Source of the DNA: Syntrophobacterales bacterium
GTDB lineage: Bacteria > Desulfobacterota > Syntrophobacteria > BM002
DNA: 64,000 nucleotides
NCBI GenBank assembly: GCA_050124835.1
Contig: JASFEM010000005.1
Location: 2,264 to 66,263 of the forward strand
Direction: 5' to 3'
The notes beneath the pieces are model-generated. The model made no database searches. It saw only the letters and a list, made by a program, of their open reading frames with translations, and had not been told where the DNA came from. Below are positions 29,507-39,533 of this stretch, piece by piece; position 1 is the stretch's first letter, and the number at the start of each line of letters is the position of its first letter. The position numbers and the translations under genes were made by a program.

Positions 29507-29640
29507 CAACGGACAACGCACCACTGACAACTGACAATAACTTTTTCCCGGCCAGGGAAAAAACACCCCCCTCTGTGTCCCCTGCCCGCCATCGCGAGTC
29601 GCTCAGGCAAGGCGGGCGGGTCTGTGCCTCTGTGGTGATT
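29507..29640. repeat. Heptamer tract plus 40-bp GC hairpin nested in a CTCTGTG repeat
   Basis: caactgacaa tract; CCTGCCCGCC...GGCGGGCGGG at 29581..29620. Confidence 0.65.
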
Positions 29641-29693
29641 TCCTATCTCAGGTCACTATAATGCGGAGTGAAGTAACTAATCGTTTTGCATTT

Positions 29694-30356
29694 TCAAGTT
29701 GAACCCTGCTCCTGAAGCTCTTTGAGGGTCTCATCAGGACCCAGGATTATAAGTGAATCGCTATCCTTGATCTGGAAGTGCGCTTTGGGAATCAGCGTCA
29801 GGCCAGTCGGGATGATCTCCTTGATGGCCAAGACCTGTATGCCAAAGCGGTTTATCAGATCCAGTTCTTTGAGGCTTTTACCAACGAATTCTTTGGGAGG
29901 TGCGAGTTCCACGATGCTGTAGCCTTCGATGAAAGGCAAATAGTCCAACATGTTCGGATTGTCCAGCCGGCTTGCAACCCCAATGGCCAGATCTTTCTCG
30001 GGAAAAAAGATCTCGTTGGCACCGACTTTCCTCAAAATTCGGCCATGTTCTTCACTCGTCGCCTTGGCGAGTACATTTTTGATGCCAAGCTCTTTTAGGT
30101 GCAAGGTTGCCAGGATACTCGCATTCATCCGGGTTCCAATGCAGACAACTGCGGCGTCCACTTGACTAATTCCCAACGCCTCCAGAGCTTCCCGATCGGT
30201 GGCATCGGCGATCACCGCCTGGCTGACCACGTCTTTAATTTTTTGCACCTGGCCTTTGTTAATGTCTAGGGCCACAACTTCATGCCCTTTCTCGTAAAGA
30301 TGGCGTCCAAGGTAAAAGCCAAAATTACCAATGCCGATAACAGCAAATTGTCCCAT
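29694..30356 (-). CDS. KtrA/TrkA-family K+ uptake regulatory (RCK) subunit
   Basis: GIGNFG Rossmann motif, RCK-N and RCK-C domains. Confidence 0.92.
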   Translation of the reverse strand: MGQFAVIGIGNFGFYLGRHLYEKGHEVVALDINKGQVQKIKDVVSQAVIADATDREALEALGISQVDAAVVCIGTRMNASILATLHLKELGIKNVLAKATSEEHGRILRKVGANEIFFPEKDLAIGVASRLDNPNMLDYLPFIEGYSIVELAPPKEFVGKSLKELDLINRFGIQVLAIKEIIPTGLTLIPKAHFQIKDSDSLIILGPDETLKELQEQGST

Positions 30357-30438
30357 GATGGATCCCCTTCAAAATGATTTATGACGCCATTGCCTGCTTG
30401 TACCTTGTCCGGTCTGACCCCTCCCAACTTTGCGCTGC

Positions 30439-31821
30439 TCAACCGATCATGACATTCTCTTCCGCATACTGAAACCGGGACCTGGGTTCTTTTCCAGTCA
30501 AAGCCACGGCAATGGATAGCGGACCCAACCTTCCTGCAAACATCACCAGAACGAGGATCAGTTTGCCAATACTGCTCAGCTGCGGCGTAACCCCCACACT
30601 GAGGCCCACAGTGCCGAAGGCAGAGACCACCTCAAAGAGGAGTTTAAGGAAAAGTCCTCTACTCTCCTCGTGTATCGTGGTGCCCAATTCACTTACCGTC
30701 AGTGCCATGGTGGCAGCGTAGATCAACACAATCGCCACAACAAAGACCGAAATGGCTCGACCAACTGTCTCCGGTGCCAGAGATCGGCGGAATATACTCG
30801 TCCCCTCCTCGCCCCTGAGCCGTGATCGGCTTAAGGCGAAGAGGACCCCCAAGGTGTTTATTTTGATGCCGCCGCCGGTGGACCCAGAACCCGCTCCTAT
30901 GAACATGAGCGGGATGGTAAAAAGTAAGGTCACGTTTGCCATTTTACCAAAGTCCAAGGTATTGAATCCGGCGGTCCTGGCTGTGACCGATTGGAAAAAA
31001 GCTGCCATGAACTTGGCTGGCACCGAAAGTCCAGCCATGGAATGCTTCCACTCGGAGAACAAGAATCCCACCGTCCCACCTGTAAGCAGAACGATGCTCA
31101 GGATCAGCACTAACTTGGAATGGACTGAGAGACGCCGGGTGCGTCTGGCTTGGTCACGCTTAAACAAGAGCCTTTTCAACTCGAGATGTACCAAGAACCC
31201 CATGCCGCCAAAAATAATCAAAAAAGCCACGGTAAAGCTCACCAGTGGATCCCCGCTGAAGTCCATAAAACTCTTTGCATACAGACAAAAACCGGCGTTG
31301 CAAAAGGCGCTCACTGAGTGAAAAATGGCAAAATATAGCGCCCGCCCTGGATGATACATCTCGGAAAAGCGGAGGAAGAGCAAGGCAGCCCCCGCCAGTT
31401 CCATGAGCAAGGTGAATAAGACAACGTGGCGCACCAAAGAAGCAAGTCCTGTATCCGGGCCATGGGTAAAAGTATCCTGAATGACGCTCCGCTGCATAAA
31501 GGAGAATCTTCCGGTCATAACCAGTATAAGTACTGTGGAGAAGGTCATTATGCCCAGCCCGCCGCATTGAATGAGCACCAATACGACCCACTGACCGAAG
31601 AGGCTCAGGCGAGTGCCGGTATCTACAACGACCAGACCGGTAACGCAGGTTGCAGAGGTTGCAGTAAAGAGGGCGTCCACCGGTGCCAACGCTGGTCCGT
31701 TGGCAGCCACCGGGAGCATCAACAGCAAAGTGCCAAGTAGGATTAAGCCTGCGAAGCTAAGGATGGGTAGGTTAACTGGAGTGATAAACCGTTTCCGCCT
31801 GCTTATGGAAGAATCAATCAT
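30439..31821 (-). CDS. KtrB/TrkH-family K+ uptake membrane subunit
   Basis: SATCVTGL, SAFCNAGF, RTAGFN and SAFGTVGLS pore loops. Confidence 0.94.
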   Translation of the reverse strand: MIDSSISRRKRFITPVNLPILSFAGLILLGTLLLMLPVAANGPALAPVDALFTATSATCVTGLVVVDTGTRLSLFGQWVVLVLIQCGGLGIMTFSTVLILVMTGRFSFMQRSVIQDTFTHGPDTGLASLVRHVVLFTLLMELAGAALLFLRFSEMYHPGRALYFAIFHSVSAFCNAGFCLYAKSFMDFSGDPLVSFTVAFLIIFGGMGFLVHLELKRLLFKRDQARRTRRLSVHSKLVLILSIVLLTGGTVGFLFSEWKHSMAGLSVPAKFMAAFFQSVTARTAGFNTLDFGKMANVTLLFTIPLMFIGAGSGSTGGGIKINTLGVLFALSRSRLRGEEGTSIFRRSLAPETVGRAISVFVVAIVLIYAATMALTVSELGTTIHEESRGLFLKLLFEVVSAFGTVGLSVGVTPQLSSIGKLILVLVMFAGRLGPLSIAVALTGKEPRSRFQYAEENVMIG

Positions 31822-32028
31822 GGATTCACATGTCTCGCAATATCGTGAGCCTTACCACCGCAACATCCAACAAATGGCAAGCAGGAAAAATACTTGCAGT
31901 TGATAATCCTAAGTAATATAGAAGGAGTCAAATAGTCAATAAATTTGATTGGCCCCAAGACGGCCAACGGCTAAGGTTCTCGATCTCATGGCCCAACCTA
32001 CTCGAGATTATCTTTCCGGAGAATCGAG

Positions 32029-32733
32029 GTGCGCTTTTCACCGCCCCTGGTTTCGGGGATTTTGATTCGCCGCTATCAACGCTTTCTCGCTGATGTCCGG
32101 CTGAGTGACGGCAAAGTGGTCACGGTGCACTGCCCAAATTCCGGCAGCATGAAAGGCTGCAATCTGCCCGGCAGGGAGGTGCGTCTCTCTCGAGCAGAGA
32201 ATCCCAAACGAAAAACTCGCTATACCTGGGAATTGATTCACCTGCCTTCCACCTGGGTGGGTATCAATACCTTAACCGCAAACCGACTGCTGGCTGAAGC
32301 AGCTTCTCGTGGAGAAATTCCCGAGCTCGGTCCCTTTGATAGACTTACAAGCGAAGTAAGATTGCAGCATAGCCGCATCGATTTTTGCCTCTACAGGGAC
32401 AATATGCCGGTTTTCGTAGAGGTCAAGAATGTTACGCTCGTGGAGGATGGTACGGCACTCTTCCCAGATGCCCCGACGGCGAGGGGACGCAAGCATCTGC
32501 AAACCTTAATCGATGCTGTCAAGCTCGGTAACCGTAGTGCCATGTTTTATGTGGTCCAGCGCGAGGATGCCGATCGTTTCGCCCCTGCTGCCCATATCGA
32601 TCATGCCTATGCCCAGGCACTCCGCCGGGCGCAGCAGGCAGGCGTCAAGATTATTGTCTATCGCGCTCGGGTTAGTCCGGAAGAAATAGCCCTAGAGGCC
32701 CCTTTGCCGGTGGTTCTCGAGAAGCAGGCATGA
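32029..32733 (+). CDS. sfsA: Sugar fermentation stimulation protein SfsA
   Basis: RYQRFLADV, HCPNSGSM, EVKNVTL, FPDAPTARGRKHL. Confidence 0.95.
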   Translation: MRFSPPLVSGILIRRYQRFLADVRLSDGKVVTVHCPNSGSMKGCNLPGREVRLSRAENPKRKTRYTWELIHLPSTWVGINTLTANRLLAEAASRGEIPELGPFDRLTSEVRLQHSRIDFCLYRDNMPVFVEVKNVTLVEDGTALFPDAPTARGRKHLQTLIDAVKLGNRSAMFYVVQREDADRFAPAAHIDHAYAQALRRAQQAGVKIIVYRARVSPEEIALEAPLPVVLEKQA

Positions 32734-32832
32734 TCCGGGGCAAGGCCTAAGAGTACCACTTCAAAGCGCATTGCTTCACATGAGCGGTTATGTTAGAAGA
32801 GCATAAGCGTTGATTACCCTTGGCCCCCCTAA

Positions 32833-34140
<1,308 letters not shown>

Positions 34141-34184
34141 CATGACCCCCCGGTCGCCACGAAGAGGTTTAGCTAACCAGGAAG

Positions 34185-35306
34185 TTAAAGCAGGTCGGAG
34201 TCTACTAGTTCTGGTGCGTAAATGATGCTGTAGGGGATCGGGTAGATATCTGTGTAACCCCGTAGAGGGATGAGGAGCTGATCGCTCACCGTCAGCCACT
34301 GATAATCGGGTCTCAGTTCCCGTAGTTTGCCGTCCTCGGGGGGTTTTGAGTGGATTGTATTACTGTAGGTTACCTGAAAAACGCCCACACCATAGTCGTC
34401 CTCGATATTTATCAAGAACCTCTCCACGAAGTTGTCAAACTTCATTCGGTTTTCAGCGGCCAGCCGGGCAATCTCATCAGTGGGCAGCTTGACCAACACG
34501 AATCTGGTCACCCCGCGCTCGCTGAGACGCGTGAGCGCGCGTGACTCAGAACTGGCGACGTATACCGTTGAGATGAATTCCATCTTTTTGAGAAACTGGG
34601 CGGCCACCACCGCAGCCGTGCGGCGGCCTCCCACCGCAAAGTGAAATCCGTAATTTTCGAAAAGCTTATTGTTGAGACTCTCGGCATACTTTTCGCCCAT
34701 CTCATAGAGATCTTTGGGAATGTAGCGGAGTTGCTGCGCCATTTCTTCTGTGGCGTTGTCAATGGGCCAGTCAATTTTCACATGGAAGTGTGTCATCGCA
34801 TAGCGCGTTCGGGCCTTTATTGTCGGATCCCTTTGAATGAGCAGGGCGTAGTCCACCGGCAACAGGTCAAGTACAAAGCTCTCAAAACTCGGATTTTCGA
34901 AGTATCTTAAATTTTTAGTATATTTTTTGTGCAACTGCACATGGGCAAGTTCAGCAATTCCATCCTTGGTGACCTTATTTCTATCGAAAAAACGGATATA
35001 TTTCTTGTAGTAACCTGGAATGGTCCCTTCGCAAAAGAGAACGAGAAAATGGTTGTGGTAGATTAATTCTCTCTCGACCACTCGAGCACGGGGCTTCAAC
35101 TCCCGCCTGGGAACAAAGGGGTAAGGCTCACCAGCTTCGCAGAAGTTCCAGTATGAATCAATGAGCCCGTATTGGACCAAATACATATCCATCTGGTCCC
35201 GCAACACCTCGTAAACTGAGCGCCGCAATCTATCCTGCGTACTCAACTGGTATCGATAGGGCCAGGTGGGCATCCTCTTTCCCCTCTTGAGGCGAATCCC
35301 TCCCAT
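34185..35306 (-). CDS. Hypothetical cytoplasmic protein
   Basis: 373-aa ORF with protein-like composition; no family recognised. Confidence 0.7.
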   Translation of the reverse strand: MGGIRLKRGKRMPTWPYRYQLSTQDRLRRSVYEVLRDQMDMYLVQYGLIDSYWNFCEAGEPYPFVPRRELKPRARVVERELIYHNHFLVLFCEGTIPGYYKKYIRFFDRNKVTKDGIAELAHVQLHKKYTKNLRYFENPSFESFVLDLLPVDYALLIQRDPTIKARTRYAMTHFHVKIDWPIDNATEEMAQQLRYIPKDLYEMGEKYAESLNNKLFENYGFHFAVGGRRTAAVVAAQFLKKMEFISTVYVASSESRALTRLSERGVTRFVLVKLPTDEIARLAAENRMKFDNFVERFLINIEDDYGVGVFQVTYSNTIHSKPPEDGKLRELRPDYQWLTVSDQLLIPLRGYTDIYPIPYSIIYAPELVDSDLL

Positions 35307-35501
35307 CAGAGAGGGTCTGGGTACTGCTGCAAGTTTTTGGCCGACAGGCCCTTACCTCTCGGCCGCTGTCCACTGAAAACAAAAAAGCAATCACTCACCA
35401 ACATTCGGTAGAAATGGTGGCGATAACTTGCCGTTAATTTGATTTAATTATGCTTTTTTGTCAATCTATTTTCACCGGAGAAAATGGGATCGAAAATATC
35501 C

Positions 35502-36107
35502 CTAAGCTGGTTCATCGACCATCCGCTTGGGCAGGTAGAAGACGTATTCAGCAGCCAGCAGATCAAATTGGACCGTGGTCTCACGCTCCACCGTATCATA
35601 TAGGGTCTTGAGCGTATCTGCCTTTAATATCTTGTCAAAGAAATCCCTACGATGGTAAAAGTGTGGATGCAAGGGGAGAAGAAACTGGCTGGAGTCCCCC
35701 TTCCAGGAGAAATTAAGACTTTGGCGCAGAGCCAATATGGTTTTATAGATACTGCGCAGCAGATCGGTTCGCAATAACGGTGAGGTACTATTCACCACAC
35801 ATTCCATGAGACCTGCCAGCCTATAAAACTCCCTAGCCTGCTCCTCGTCTTCTCGAAAGCGGTAAAGCCCCATTGCGGTGTAATCACATCCATTCACCAA
35901 ACTGAAGTGCTCGGGGATGAAGCTGAGATGGCTGTGGCCGTCTGCGATGACTTGTTTTCTGTGAGCTTGGTACTTTTCCGCCTCACCTCGCAAACACTGT
36001 AGCACCTGCCCCTGACGCCAATCGCCGCGACGGAATTCCAGGGGTTTTCGGCAGATGAGATTGTCGTCAGCCCTGCGGCCATCTCCAAACTGATAGATTT
36101 TTGCCAT
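35502..36107 (-). CDS. Hypothetical protein
   Basis: 201-aa ORF with GGGAG SD; no family recognised. Confidence 0.7.
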   Translation of the reverse strand: MAKIYQFGDGRRADDNLICRKPLEFRRGDWRQGQVLQCLRGEAEKYQAHRKQVIADGHSHLSFIPEHFSLVNGCDYTAMGLYRFREDEEQAREFYRLAGLMECVVNSTSPLLRTDLLRSIYKTILALRQSLNFSWKGDSSQFLLPLHPHFYHRRDFFDKILKADTLKTLYDTVERETTVQFDLLAAEYVFYLPKRMVDEPA

Positions 36108-36218
36108 TGTCTCCCAATGCTTAAGGGTTACATAAGCACTATACCAGACCCAGGCTCATCTTCAAAACCACAACCATGGCGCTGATCGGCTCACCGGTGG
36201 CAACTTCCACCCCGTTAT

Positions 36219-36298
36219 CACTAGGGCACTAGGGACTAGGCACTGAGATCAAAGACTGACCAGTAGTGCCTGGTGCTTACTGCATAGTGCCTAGTGTT
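36219..36298. repeat. Heptamer inverted-repeat element (CTAGGSA/TGCCTAG)
   Basis: cactagggcactagggactaggcact ... agtgcctggtgcttactgcatagtgcctagtg. Confidence 0.75.
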
Positions 36299-36304
36299 CT
36301 GTGT

Positions 36305-37726
36305 CTACTCATGCTTCGTGCGGCCTGGAAAACCGGGTCGGGTCATCTGCTCGGCATTGAGTATTCTTAGCAATTTCTCCTCCGGGAGTATACTCAACTC
36401 CAGCGCCACCTCTCGTACAGTCCTTCCACTTTCGTAGGCCAAGTGAGCTAGATTGGCTGCCCTGTCATAGCCTATCTCAGGTGCCAGTGGCGTACACAGG
36501 GCCAGGCTTCGTTCCACCAATTCCTCACACCGTTGTTCATCAGCCGCAAGCCCCTTCAAGCACTTATTCGTAAAATTATCGATTCCGGTCTTCAGCAACT
36601 CTATAGATTGAAGTAGATTCTTGGCCATCACCGGCAGCATCACATTTAGTTCCATGTTCCCAGCTTGGCCGCCAAGGGTTAGAGCCAAATCATTGGCCAT
36701 AACCTGGACTGCCACCTGGAGCAGGGATTCGATGATGACTGGATTTACCTTGCCCGGCATGATGGAGGAGCCCGGTTGTACCGCTGGCAGCCGTAGCTCG
36801 CCCAACCCACATCTGGGTCCGGAAGCAAGCCACCGCAGGTCGTTACCGATTTTGGTGAGCGCCACCGCCAAACCTCTCAAACTGCTACTGGTAGCCACCT
36901 GCGCATCCTGGCCCGCCTGAGCCGCGAAATGGTTTGCGGCCTCCGCCAAGGGAAGATCCGTCTCCTCGGCCAACAATCTAATGACTCGAGAGGCAAAGCC
37001 GGGCTCGGCATTGAGACCCGTTCCAGTGGCCGTACCTCCAAGGGCTAATTCCATAAGGCCGCCCAAGGCCTGTTCGACACGCTCGCGGGCGAATTGCAGC
37101 TGACGGGCATAGCCGCTGAATTCCTGTCCGAGACGCACTGGTGTGGCATCCTGTAGATGGGTGCGTCCAATTTTGACAATGTGGTCGAATTGCTCACTTT
37201 TGGCCGAAAGTTCACTTTCACAAGCCATGAGCACCGGCAGCAGCCCACCATTGATACTTTCGGCAGCAGCCAAATGGATGGCTGTGGGAATTACATCATT
37301 GCTGGACTGTCCTCGATTAACATGATCGTTGGGGTGCACAGGAGACTTGCTGCCCAGCTCACCTCCCAGAAGTTTGATAGCGCGGTTGGAAATGACCTCA
37401 TTGGCATTCATATTGGTGGACGTGCCGGATCCCGTCTGAAAGATATCCACAGGAAAGTGGTCATCAAGTTTCCCGTCCACCACCTCGCCTGCTGCCTGGA
37501 TGATGGCCTCCGCCAACTCTTTGGAAAGAAAGCCTAGCTCCAAATTTACCCGGGCTGCAGCCCGTTTGATTAGACCCAGGGCGCGGATAAATTCCCGTGG
37601 AAAGCGCAGCCCGCTGATGGGAAAGTTTTGGACGGCCCTCTGGGTTTGCGCCCCATAGTAGGCCGATGCCGGAACCTGCACCTCTCCCATTGAATCGGTT
37701 TCAATTCGGTAGGTTTGCTCTTGCAT
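36305..37726 (-). CDS. fumC: Class II fumarate hydratase
   Basis: RIETDSMG, QTGSGTSTNMN, GRTHLQDATP, GSSIMPGKVNP. Confidence 0.95.
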   Translation of the reverse strand: MQEQTYRIETDSMGEVQVPASAYYGAQTQRAVQNFPISGLRFPREFIRALGLIKRAAARVNLELGFLSKELAEAIIQAAGEVVDGKLDDHFPVDIFQTGSGTSTNMNANEVISNRAIKLLGGELGSKSPVHPNDHVNRGQSSNDVIPTAIHLAAAESINGGLLPVLMACESELSAKSEQFDHIVKIGRTHLQDATPVRLGQEFSGYARQLQFARERVEQALGGLMELALGGTATGTGLNAEPGFASRVIRLLAEETDLPLAEAANHFAAQAGQDAQVATSSSLRGLAVALTKIGNDLRWLASGPRCGLGELRLPAVQPGSSIMPGKVNPVIIESLLQVAVQVMANDLALTLGGQAGNMELNVMLPVMAKNLLQSIELLKTGIDNFTNKCLKGLAADEQRCEELVERSLALCTPLAPEIGYDRAANLAHLAYESGRTVREVALELSILPEEKLLRILNAEQMTRPGFPGRTKHE

Positions 37727-37747
37727 CTCCCTGTCCTCCAACCGTCT

Positions 37748-37903
37748 AGTCATTGGTCATTTGCGCTAGGCAACTTCATAGAATCCAGTGGCCAGTAGCC
37801 AGGAAAAGGGATTCGGATCTATTCTTTTCCTCCTGAATTCTGGATTCTGACTCCTGACTCCTTGATGTGGTGCCTAGTTCCCAGTGCCTAGTGCTTAGTG
37901 CCT
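37748..37903. repeat. Composite heptamer element (GTCATT, AGCCAG/ATTCTG IR, CCTAGTG)
   Basis: agaatccagtggccagtagccagg ... cctgaattctggattctgactcctgactcc ... gtgcctagttcccagtgcctagtgcttagtgcc. Confidence 0.75.
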
Positions 37904-37904
37904 T

Positions 37905-39020
37905 TTAGAATGAATAAAAAAAGTCGTTAAGGTTAAGATTCTCGCAGCCATCCGCGGTCACTCGAACCATGTTTTCCAATCGAACTCCACCCCAGCCGGG
38001 AAGGTAAATCCCAGGCTCGATGGTGACCACCATGTTTTCCTCCAGTACCATGGCACTGCTCTTCCCAAAACCCGGCTTCTCATGGACGGCAAGACCCACC
38101 CCATGACCCAAGCCGTGACCAAAGTATTCGCCATAGCCTTCCGAGGAAATGTAATCCCGTGCCACCTTATCCACTCCCAGGGAGGAGATCCCAGCCTTGA
38201 CCGCTTCCATGGCCCGCAACTGCGCCTCCCGGACAATGGAGTAGATCCGGCGTGCCTTATCGTCCGGTTCCCCAAGAATGAGGGTACGGGTCATATCCGA
38301 GCAATAGTGATCCAACCGGGCCCCCAGATCGATGATGATGGTTTCAGACTTCTGCAACACACGGTCGCTGACAACTGCGTGGGGCAAGGCCGCACTGGGA
38401 CCTGAGGCTACAATGGGCGGAAAAGAAACTGCCTCTGCCCCCGCTTCCCGCATAAGCTGTTCGATGCGCCAGGCCAATTCCTTCTCGGTCTTGCCCTCCT
38501 CAGCCTCGGCCAATACTGTCTCCAGAACGGACTCGGTCAAGGCGAGAGAGTCGCGAATAGCCGCGAGCTCTTCCGGCTCCTTTATCATTCGTAATCCTTC
38601 AACCAAGTCGCCGGCAGGCACCATTTCTCCGTCTGGGTGCCACTTCTGCAGGGCTTCCTGTATTTTCACAAACCGGTCGTAAGTGAGGTGATCTTTCTCA
38701 AAACCGAGGTTACGGGTGGACAGATTTGCAAAGATCTCCGGCAGAAGGTTGGTGAGGTTCTCCTTGTAGATCAACACCTGAAAGCCTGGGGCTTCCTTTT
38801 CAGCCTGTTCCATGTAGCGAAAGTCCGTTGCCAGCACCTGGGATTCTTCGGTGATCAAAAGGAAACCAGAGGATTCGGTGAGTTGCATGTCCTCCGCCCA
38901 GAAGCCGCTAAGATACGCCCGGTTCCACGGTTCCGAAACCATAAAAGTGTCAAAGGGTTGTTCGCTCAACAATATTTTGATCTTTTCCAATCGTCGCTGA
39001 AATGGTGTCAGATTATCCAT
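37905..39020 (-). CDS. Xaa-Pro peptidase (M24B)
   Basis: TDFRY, PHA, D.GA...YCSDMTRT, HGLGHGVG..VHE.P, EPG.Y, GVRLE. Confidence 0.95.
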   Translation of the reverse strand: MDNLTPFQRRLEKIKILLSEQPFDTFMVSEPWNRAYLSGFWAEDMQLTESSGFLLITEESQVLATDFRYMEQAEKEAPGFQVLIYKENLTNLLPEIFANLSTRNLGFEKDHLTYDRFVKIQEALQKWHPDGEMVPAGDLVEGLRMIKEPEELAAIRDSLALTESVLETVLAEAEEGKTEKELAWRIEQLMREAGAEAVSFPPIVASGPSAALPHAVVSDRVLQKSETIIIDLGARLDHYCSDMTRTLILGEPDDKARRIYSIVREAQLRAMEAVKAGISSLGVDKVARDYISSEGYGEYFGHGLGHGVGLAVHEKPGFGKSSAMVLEENMVVTIEPGIYLPGWGGVRLENMVRVTADGCENLNLNDFFYSF

Positions 39021-39206
39021 GCCTCACTCCAATTAATCTGTTGTCACCCAAATCACTTCGGCTCACCAGGTCGAGACTTGCACTATAATCGATAACCATG
39101 CGGTGCACAACCACACCTTGCGCCGATCTTTCTCAACCGCAGCCGTGCACTTGCTCAACCACTAACCAAAGCCTCCAATATATTAATAATAATAAACGCC
39201 GTATTT

Positions 39207-39397
39207 TTTACCCATTTCTGGCTTGACCAAAAATGGGTAAAAACGGAAGTTAATTTACATAATAAAAGTTACAAAATACGTATTTTTATTAGTAAAATGT
39301 TACACTTAAATATATTCTCAATAACTTTTTACCCAAATTTTACCGTACATTAAATGGGTAAATTTACCCAAAACGTTTACGGTAAAAAATGGGTAAA
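39207..39397. promoter_or_regulatory. Three copies of TTTACCCA-N19-TGGGTAAA in an AT-rich divergent spacer
   Basis: Copies at 39207..39241, 39328..39362 and 39363..39397, all with a 19-nt spacer. Confidence 0.75.
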
Positions 39398-39533
39398 ATT
39401 GAAGATACAATGTTTGGGGTATTTTGGCTGATATATCTTCTTGCCGTTGAGGCTGCACAGTTTTACAATGGGCTCCCCCTATCTCTAATCATCAGAAGGT
39501 GATGGGGAATAATCCCCCAGTAGAGGGCTGGCG

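Noticed and set aside
39180-39430. Replication origin or CRISPR array in the AT-rich repeat region
   Set aside because: No TTATCCACA DnaA boxes and no dnaA; the repeats are inverted half-sites rather than direct repeats with spacers, and no cas genes are present.
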